From the NCBI GenBank assembly GCA_029851085.1, contig CP100318.1, forward strand, positions 1-32,000: a stretch of 32,000 bases of DNA, in the 5' to 3' direction. The position numbers and the translations under genes are program-made. This stretch comes from Candidatus Saccharimonadota bacterium (GTDB lineage: Bacteria > Bacteroidota > Bacteroidia > Flavobacteriales > Blattabacteriaceae). This document shows positions 20,909-27,556 of this stretch, one piece after another (the first letter of the stretch is position 1; each line of letters opens with the position of its first letter). The notes beneath the pieces are model-generated. The model had not been told where the DNA came from. It did no database searches and saw nothing but the letters and a program-made list of their open reading frames with translations.

Positions 20909-21498
20909 TTTAGAATAATTCTATTAATATTTTGTTTAACAAATGAATTCCAATTTTTATATTTTTTATTATTTGTTATGTTTTTTCTATTAAGATAATG
21001 ACAAACAGCTGTAGCTAATCCATCTGTAGAATCAATTTTTTTTTTTTTTAAAAAATTACTATTAATATTTAATAATGTTTTTAACATTTTGGATATTTGT
21101 TCTTTTGAAGCATTACCATTTCCAGTTATAGCCATTTTTATTTTTCTAGGAGAATATTCATTAATAATAATATTTTTATATAAACCAGCTGCTATAGCTA
21201 CTCCTTGTGCTTGTATTATTTTAATCATAGATTGTACATTTTTTCCCATAAAATTGGATTCAATTGCTAATTCATTTGGATGATATATATCAATTATATT
21301 TATAGTTTTTTCAAAAATAATTTTTAATTTTAAATGATGATTAGAATATTTTTTTAATAACAATTGATCTAAATATATTAATTCAATATTATTTTTAATT
21401 ATTTTAATTAAACCAAAACCCATTACAATAGTACCTGGATCAATACCTAATATAATTAAATCTTGCACGTTACGTGTAATTTTTGATTTAAAAATCAA
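20905..21498 (-). CDS. ruvC: Holliday junction resolvase RuvC
   Basis: 197-aa ORF with the ILGIDPGTIVMGFG catalytic N-terminus. The only usable start is TTG at 21498-21496, because the first in-frame ATG lies after the catalytic Asp. Confidence 0.88.
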   Translation of the reverse strand: MIFKSKITRNVQDLIILGIDPGTIVMGFGLIKIIKNNIELIYLDQLLLKKYSNHHLKLKIIFEKTINIIDIYHPNELAIESNFMGKNVQSMIKIIQAQGVAIAAGLYKNIIINEYSPRKIKMAITGNGNASKEQISKMLKTLLNINSNFLKKKKIDSTDGLATAVCHYLNRKNITNNKKYKNWNSFVKQNINRIILK

Positions 21499-21511
21499 TA
21501 TAAGAAAATCT

Positions 21512-22141
21512 TCATTTTAAATCATCAATTACATAAACTAAATAATAGTTATCTATTTTTAGATAAAATGCAATAAAAGCTTTACAATATGATTTATCTA
21601 TAATCCAACATATTATATAAGGATCTTTTATTGAAAAAGGACTAATTTTATAATTAAGTAAAAAATTAACTAATTTTTTATTAGATAGTTTGTATAAACT
21701 TTCTTTAATACCCCAAATTATGTGTAATTGATCAACTTCAATACTATAATCAATAAAGTTAGCTTCATCTTTTCTAAGAAATTTATTTTTTACTTTTAAA
21801 ATTTTATTTATTTGACATTTTTCGATATCAACTCCTATAATATTATTACTAGTAGCTACTACTACTTTATTATAAGAATGACTAAATGAAACATTAAATT
21901 TATAATTTTTTATATAAGGTTTACCATTTAAATAATAAACTCTAGTATCTAATCCTAAATATTTTAAACAACAACGTATAGCTAAAAATTCGTATCTACG
22001 TTTTATATGTTTTATACAAGTAAATTTTTTTTTTTGAAAAAAAGGATTTAAATATTTTATTAAATAATTTTCACTTTCAATTAATTCCCATATTATAAGT
22101 TTAGTATGTTTATTTTTTTCTATTATTTTTATTATAGGAAT
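21512..22141 (-). CDS. 4'-phosphopantetheinyl transferase (Sfp type); start codon uncertain and non-canonical
   Basis: Absent from the ORF track. My hand translation of the minus strand gives an open frame of about 209 codons, from a TAA at 22165-22163 to a TGA at 21514-21512. It carries the PPTase motifs GVDIE and WGIKESLYK and a Bacteroidota-type N-terminus KLIIWELIES. The frame contains no ATG, GTG or TTG. Candidate starts are ATT at 22141 or neighbouring ATA codons. Confidence 0.75.
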   Translation of the reverse strand: MPIIKIIEKNKHTKLIIWELIESENYLIKYLNPFFQKKKFTCIKHIKRRYEFLAIRCCLKYLGLDTRVYYLNGKPYIKNYKFNVSFSHSYNKVVVATSNNIIGVDIEKCQINKILKVKNKFLRKDEANFIDYSIEVDQLHIIWGIKESLYKLSNKKLVNFLLNYKISPFSIKDPYIICWIIDKSYCKAFIAFYLKIDNYYLVYVIDDLK

Positions 22142-22146
22142 AACTA

Positions 22147-22941
22147 TTATATTTTTATTATATTATTATTATCTATATTCCAAGTTTTCCATATATTTTT
22201 TGTATTTATAAATAATAAATAAATACAAAATATCAATACTATTATAATAATAAAAATTATCAATTTATAATTTTGTATATAGGATATATTAATATTTTTC
22301 TTATTATAATATAATAAGATTTCTATTAAATTATTAAATAAATGTAAAAAAATACAATTTAATATTGAACGAGTACTAAAATATATAAATCCAATTACAC
22401 TACCTATTATAAATCCTGCAATAAATTGCAATGGATTCATATGGATTATACCAAATAAAAATGAAGAAAATAATATAGCATTTATATAATAAATCTTATT
22501 TTTAATAAGACCATTTAAAATAATACCTCTAAATAATATTTCTTCACATATAGGAGCTAATATTATTGTTGTAATTATAAAAGAAATAGGATGACAAAAA
22601 TATTTAATAATATCTGATGATCTAATTTGTATTAGATATAATATATATTCAGTTAAAATCATTGTTAATAACAATATAATAAAAATTAAAGGGTAAAAAT
22701 ACCATTTTGATAATTTTAAATTATCTTTAATAACTTTTTTATTAAAATTATATTTTAAGGATAAAAAATAAAAAATTAAGATAAATGGTATTACATATGA
22801 AATAGGAAATAAAATATATATCGGTACAAAAAATTTTTTTATTAAAATTGTACTTATACATATTGTTATTATACTTATAAATAACCAATTTATTATTAAA
22901 TAAATTGATTTAATATAATTTAAATTAAATTTTTTATTCAT
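22147..22941 (-). CDS. CPBP family (CAAX-type) intramembrane metalloprotease
   Basis: 264-aa polytopic membrane ORF with the three CPBP motifs: EEILFR (EExxxR), FGIIH (FxxxH) and HLFNN (HxxxN). Confidence 0.8.
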   Translation of the reverse strand: MNKKFNLNYIKSIYLIINWLFISIITICISTILIKKFFVPIYILFPISYVIPFILIFYFLSLKYNFNKKVIKDNLKLSKWYFYPLIFIILLLTMILTEYILYLIQIRSSDIIKYFCHPISFIITTIILAPICEEILFRGIILNGLIKNKIYYINAILFSSFLFGIIHMNPLQFIAGFIIGSVIGFIYFSTRSILNCIFLHLFNNLIEILLYYNKKNINISYIQNYKLIIFIIIIVLIFCIYLLFINTKNIWKTWNIDNNNIIKI

Positions 22942-23030
22942 ATTATATATATAAATAACCTTATTAAATAAATTGATTTAATATAATTTAAATTATTCAT
23001 ATTATATAAATAAATAAATTGATTTAAATT
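22877..23030. repeat. Diverged duplication (2 copies plus a third partial) of the 5' end of the CPBP gene including its start codon
   Basis: Copy A at 22877-22950 is the genuine 5' end. Copy B at 22951-23008 is identical except for a 6-bp and a 9-bp gap. The core AAATAAATTGATTTAA recurs a third time near 23012-23027. Confidence 0.9.
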
Positions 23031-23037
23031 ATATATG

Positions 23038-23108
23038 TAGACTCGTAGGGATTCGAACCCTAACTAACAGAATCAAAATCTGTTGTGCTACCATTACACT
23101 ACAAGTCT
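23038..23108 (-). tRNA. trnQ: tRNA-Gln (anticodon TTG)
   Basis: Acceptor AGACTTG/CGAGTCT, anticodon arm ACAGA-TTTTGAT-TCTGT, T arm TAGGG-TTCGAAT-CCCTA. 71 nt. Confidence 0.85.
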
Positions 23109-23152
23109 TATAATAAAAATTATAATATAAATAAAATTAATAAATATTATAT

Positions 23153-23491
23153 ATGTCTTTAAAAATTCGTTTACAAAGAAAAGGAAGAAAAAAAAAACCA
23201 TATTATCCAATTGTTGTTATTGATTCACGTTTTCATAGAAATGGTAAATTTATAGAAAAATTAGGATTTTATAATCCACATACTAATCCTTCCACTATTA
23301 TATTAAATGTGGATAGTGCACTTAATTGGTTACAGAAAGGTGCTCAACCTACAAATACTGCAAGATCTATTCTTTCTAAAAAAGGTGTTTTATTAAAACA
23401 ACATTTATTAAAAGGTGTAAAAAAACAAGCATTAAATGTTGTTGAAGCTGAAAATAAATTTAAAAAGTGGATTGAAAATAAAAATGCGTAA
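23153..23491 (+). CDS. rpsP: 30S ribosomal protein S16
   Basis: MSLKIRLQRKGRKKKPYYPIVVIDSR...GFYNP, a typical S16 with a C-terminal extension. Confidence 0.95.
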   Translation: MSLKIRLQRKGRKKKPYYPIVVIDSRFHRNGKFIEKLGFYNPHTNPSTIILNVDSALNWLQKGAQPTNTARSILSKKGVLLKQHLLKGVKKQALNVVEAENKFKKWIENKNA

Positions 23492-23679
23492 TAAACATAA
23501 TTATTTTTTTTAAATCTACAAATACTGCAAGATCTATTCTTTCTAAAAAAGGTGTTTTATTAAAACAACATTTATTAAAAGGTGTAAAAAAACAAGCATT
23601 AAATGTTGTTGAAGCTGAAAATAAATTTAAAAAGTGGATTGAAAATAAAAATGCGTAATAAACATAATTATTTTTTTTT
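23349..23679. repeat. Near-perfect direct duplication (163 and 164 bp, 4-bp spacer) of the rpsP 3' end plus the rimM start
   Basis: 23349-23511 and 23516-23679 are identical by hand alignment except for a T-run of 8 versus 9. Confidence 0.95.
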
Positions 23680-24151
23680 AGGAAAACTGATAAAATCACG
23701 TATTAAAAAGTATGATTTTGTTATATTATTAAATAATAATATATGTTTTAATAAAAATATTAAATTTTTATTAATAGAATTAGAGGGAATTTTAATTCCT
23801 TTTTTAATAAAATCATATTTGTTAATTAATAATAAATTTTTAATTGATTTTGAATTTTTTTTAAAAAAAGAATATTACAATATTACAGGAAGTAATATTT
23901 ATTTAGAATTTAAATATTTACTTTTTACAGAAAATGTTAATAATAACATTATAGGTTTTAATGTAAAAGATATAAATAAAGGATTTATAGGTGTTGTTAT
24001 AGATATTTATCGTAACTTAAAACAAGATCTTTTTAAAGTTTATTTTGAAAATAAATATTTTTTAATACCTATAACAAAAGTTTTTATAAAAGAAATAAAT
24101 ATAAATGAAAAATATATTTTAACTGAAATTCCATTTGGATTAATAGAATAA
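23651..24151 (+). CDS. rimM: Ribosome maturation factor RimM
   Basis: MRNKHNYFFLGKLIKS... with C-terminal FLIPITKVFIKEININEKYILTEIPFGL, in the conserved rpsP-rimM order. I prefer the ATG at 23651. The ORF-track start at 23603 lies inside the duplicated rpsP fragment. Confidence 0.82.
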   Translation: MRNKHNYFFLGKLIKSRIKKYDFVILLNNNICFNKNIKFLLIELEGILIPFLIKSYLLINNKFLIDFEFFLKKEYYNITGSNIYLEFKYLLFTENVNNNIIGFNVKDINKGFIGVVIDIYRNLKQDLFKVYFENKYFLIPITKVFIKEININEKYILTEIPFGLIE

Positions 24152-26071
24152 TTATATATCTATATTTGCATAAATAGAATTTGATTCTATAAATTTTTTA
24201 CGAGGTAACACATTATCTCCCATAAGAATTGAAAATATATTATCAGCTTCTACATTATCTTTTATTATTAATTGACGTAAAATTCTATTTTTTGGATTCA
24301 TTGTTGTTTCCCATAATTGATCAGCATTCATTTCTCCTAATCCTTTATATCTTTGAATATTTATTCCTTTATTATTGTCAAATTTATGTTTTATAATATG
24401 TTCTCTATCTTTTTCATTCCATGCATAAAAAGATTTTTTACCTTTTTTTATTAAATATAAAGGAGGCATAGCTATATAAATATAGCCTTTTTCTATTAAA
24501 ATTTTCATATAACGAAAAAAGAAAGTAATAATAAGTGTAGAAATATGACTACCATCTATATCAGCATCTGTCATTATTATTATTTTATAATAACGTAATT
24601 TATCTAAGTTTAAAATAGATGTTTTTTCACAAGAAAGACCTAAAGCCATAAATATATTACGTATATCTTCATTTTCATAAATTTTATTTTGCATTGCTTT
24701 CTCAACATTTAATATTTTTCCACGTAATGGTAATATTGCTTGAAAATTTCTATCACGTCCTTGTTTAGCAGTTCCTCCTGCAGAATCTCCTTCTACTAAA
24801 AATATTTCACAATTTTTAGGTTCATTTAAAGAACAATCGGCTAATTTTCCAGGTAATCCTAATCCTATATTACTTATTAAAATATTATTATGTATTAATT
24901 CACGAGTTCTTTTAGCTGCTTTTCTAGCTTTAGCAGCAATAATAATTTTTTCTATTATTTTTTTAGCATCATATGGATATTCTTCTAAATAACTACCAAG
25001 CATATCTCCTACAATTTTGTCTACAGCTCCGATAACTTCATTATTACTTAATTTAGTTTTAGTTTGTCCTTCAAATTGAGGATACATTAATTTAATAGAT
25101 ATTATTGCGGTAATGCCTTCACGAAAATCATCACCAATTAAATCAATATTTTCTTTTTTTAAAATACCATTTTCTTCAGCATATTTTTTTAGTGTTCTAG
25201 TTATTGCTCTACGAAATCCTGTTAAATGAGTACCACCTTCTTGTGTATTAATATTATTAACATATGAAAGTATTTTTTCTTTAAAAGAAGTATTATACTT
25301 TATAGCTATTTCTACAAAAATATCATTTATTTTATCTTCTATTAAAATAATATTTTTTATAATTGATTCACAATCTTTATCTATAAAAGATATAAACTCT
25401 TTCAATCCGTATTTTGAATAAAAAATTTTTTTTTTAAAATTTACTTCACTATCAATTTCTCTTTCATCAATAAAATATATGAATATTCCTTTGTTTAAAA
25501 AAGATAATTCTCTAAAACGTGTTGCTAATACATCATAATTATATGTTATATTATTAAATATAGTATTATCAGCTTTAAATGTTATTTCAGTGCCTTGTTT
25601 AGAAGTATTACCTATATATTCTAAATCTGTTATAGCTTTTCCTTTAGAATATTTTTGACGATAAATTTTATTATCACGATATATAGTAGCAATTAGCCAT
25701 TCTGATAAAGCATTTACGCAAGAAATTCCAATTCCATGTAATCCTCCAGATATTTTATATGAATTTTTATCAAATTTTCCTCCAGCTCCTATTTTTGTCA
25801 TAACTAATTCAAGTGCTGAACATTTTTCTTTTTTATGTTTATCTATAGGAATACCCCTTCCATTATCTTTAATAGTAATAGAATTATCTTTATGTATAGT
25901 AACCCATATTTTATTACAAAATCCAGCTAGAGCTTCATCTATAGAATTATCTATTACTTCATTGACCAAATGATGAAATCCTTTAGATCCTACATCGCCA
26001 ATATACATGGATGGTCTTAATCTTACATGTTCAATTCCTTCAAAAAATTGAATATTATCAGCTGTATACAT
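24152..26071 (-). CDS. gyrB: DNA gyrase subunit B
   Basis: 639-aa ORF with YTADNIQFFEGIEHVRLRPSMYIG, GGLHGIG, LVEGDSAGG and PLRGKILNVEKA motifs. Confidence 0.97.
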   Translation of the reverse strand: MYTADNIQFFEGIEHVRLRPSMYIGDVGSKGFHHLVNEVIDNSIDEALAGFCNKIWVTIHKDNSITIKDNGRGIPIDKHKKEKCSALELVMTKIGAGGKFDKNSYKISGGLHGIGISCVNALSEWLIATIYRDNKIYRQKYSKGKAITDLEYIGNTSKQGTEITFKADNTIFNNITYNYDVLATRFRELSFLNKGIFIYFIDEREIDSEVNFKKKIFYSKYGLKEFISFIDKDCESIIKNIILIEDKINDIFVEIAIKYNTSFKEKILSYVNNINTQEGGTHLTGFRRAITRTLKKYAEENGILKKENIDLIGDDFREGITAIISIKLMYPQFEGQTKTKLSNNEVIGAVDKIVGDMLGSYLEEYPYDAKKIIEKIIIAAKARKAAKRTRELIHNNILISNIGLGLPGKLADCSLNEPKNCEIFLVEGDSAGGTAKQGRDRNFQAILPLRGKILNVEKAMQNKIYENEDIRNIFMALGLSCEKTSILNLDKLRYYKIIIMTDADIDGSHISTLIITFFFRYMKILIEKGYIYIAMPPLYLIKKGKKSFYAWNEKDREHIIKHKFDNNKGINIQRYKGLGEMNADQLWETTMNPKNRILRQLIIKDNVEADNIFSILMGDNVLPRKKFIESNSIYANIDI

Positions 26072-26119
26072 GGTAATTTAAAAAATATAAATGGTAATTT
26101 AAAAAATATAAATGGTAAT
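26070..26119. repeat. 21-bp tandem repeat (2.4 copies) abutting the gyrB start codon
   Basis: ATGGTAATTTAAAAAATATAA occurs at 26070-26090 and 26091-26111, and its first 8 nt recur at 26112-26119. The first unit includes two bases of the start codon. Confidence 0.95.
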
Positions 26120-26201
26120 GTATATAAATATAATATAAAAATTAACTTTTTTAAAATAATTTTTTATTATATTTATTATATAATTATATAAATATAATAT
26201 G

Positions 26202-26897
26202 TTAATTAATGTTGATATAATATAACATAATTAATGTTGATTAACATAATTAATGTTGATTAATGTTGATAATTAATGTTGATTAACATAATTAATGTTG
26301 ATAATTAATGTTGATAATTAATGTTGATAATTAATGTTGATAAATTAATGTTGATTAATTAATGTTGATAATTAATGTTGATAATTAATGTTGATAATTA
26401 ATGTTGATAAATTAATGTTGATTAATTAATGTTGATAATTAATGTTGATAATTAATGTTGATAATTAATGTTGATAAATTAATGTTGATAATTAATGTTG
26501 ATAAACATAATTAATGTTGATAATTAATGTTGATAAATTAATGTTGATTAATTAATGTTGATAATTAATGTTGATAATTAATGTTGATAATTAATGTTGA
26601 TAAATTAATGTTGATAATTAATGTTGATTAACATAATTAATGTTGATAATTAATGTTGATAATTAATGTTGATAATTAATGTTGATAAATTAATGTTGAT
26701 AATTAATGTTGATAATTAATGTTGATAATTAATGTTGATAATTAATGTTGATAAATTAATGTTGATAATTAATGTTGATAATTAATGTTGATAATTAATG
26801 TTGATTATTAATGTTGATTAATTAATGTTGATAATTAATGTTGATAATTAATGTTGATAATTAATGTTGATAAATTAATGTTGATTAATGTTGATAA
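26202..26897. repeat. Minisatellite array: roughly 50 head-to-tail units of 13-14 bp (core TTAATGTTGATAA) with a 67-bp higher-order period
   Basis: I hand-counted about 50 occurrences of TTAATGTTGA. The unit variants are A = ATAATTAATGTTG, B = ATAAATTAATGTTG and C = ATTAATTAATGTTG, plus occasional 19-nt AACATA-containing units. The block AAABC (67 bp) repeats perfectly at 26301-26367 and 26368-26434. Confidence 0.97.
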
Positions 26898-27518
26898 TTA
26901 ATGTGGTAAATACACTACTTTTTTAGTGTAGAAAAATTTTTGATTAAAATAATCAATTAAATAATATTCTTTTGCTTGTGGAAAATTTTTTAATTCTTTA
27001 GAAAGGTCACCTCCTTTTAAAAAAAAAATACCATTTGGTAAATTATGTCGATTTTTAGATAAAAATTTTCCTTTTACCCATTTATATAAATATTGTATAC
27101 GTGTAACAGCACGGCTTATGATAAAATCAAATTTATCTTTAACATCATTAGCACGTATACAAGATATATTTACATTTATTAATCCTAATTCATATGAAAT
27201 TAATTCTACTACTTTAGTTTTTTTTTTAATAGAATCTATTAATAAAAATTGGCTTTCTGGGAATAATATTGCTAAAGGAATTCCAGGAAATCCACCACCT
27301 GTTCCTACATCCATAATATATGATTTAGGTAAAAAATTAATTATTTTAGCTATACCTAATGAATGTAACACGTGGTGTTCATAAAAATTGTTTATAATTG
27401 TTTTTCTAGAAATTAAATTTATACGTGTATTCCAATACATATATATATTTTTCATCTGAATAAAACGTTCAATTTGTTGATTATTTAGTTCAGAAAAATA
27501 TTTTGTTAGAGTTAACAT
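26898..27518 (-). CDS. rsmG: 16S rRNA (guanine527-N7)-methyltransferase
   Basis: 206-aa ORF with the SAM motif DVGTGGGFPGIPLAI, GidB/RsmG-like throughout. Confidence 0.9.
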   Translation of the reverse strand: MLTLTKYFSELNNQQIERFIQMKNIYMYWNTRINLISRKTIINNFYEHHVLHSLGIAKIINFLPKSYIMDVGTGGGFPGIPLAILFPESQFLLIDSIKKKTKVVELISYELGLINVNISCIRANDVKDKFDFIISRAVTRIQYLYKWVKGKFLSKNRHNLPNGIFFLKGGDLSKELKNFPQAKEYYLIDYFNQKFFYTKKVVYLPH

Positions 27519-27556
27519 AAAATTAATTAATATTGTTTATATAATAATTTAAAATT

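Noticed and set aside
23603-23650. ORF-track rimM start at 23603 (MLLKLKINLKSGLKIK...)
   Set aside because: These codons are an out-of-frame reading of the duplicated rpsP tail. The RimM-like sequence begins at the ATG at 23651, whose context is duplicated from the original rpsP-rimM overlap.
24149-24154. Zero-bp gap between the convergent rimM and gyrB stop codons
   Set aside because: It is real but is an ordinary consequence of genome compaction. No terminator hairpin or other signal is visible there.
26202-26897. Possible CRISPR array
   Set aside because: The units are contiguous 13-14 bp repeats with no unique spacers. The period is far too short, there is no leader or cas gene, and the array is a simple minisatellite.
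26202-26897. GATAAT hexamers in every unit resemble Fur-box half sites
   Set aside because: GATAAT-like words are expected by chance in DNA this AT-rich. No inverted 19-bp Fur-box architecture is present, and no iron-related genes are nearby.
2580-27384. Other short ORF-track entries (2580-2798+, 6372-6563+, 8765-8956+, 16004-16249-, 21089-21283+, 23460-23699-, 27118-27384+)
   Set aside because: All lie antisense within strongly supported genes or repeats, have low-complexity composition and show no motifs. They are treated as spurious shadow ORFs.
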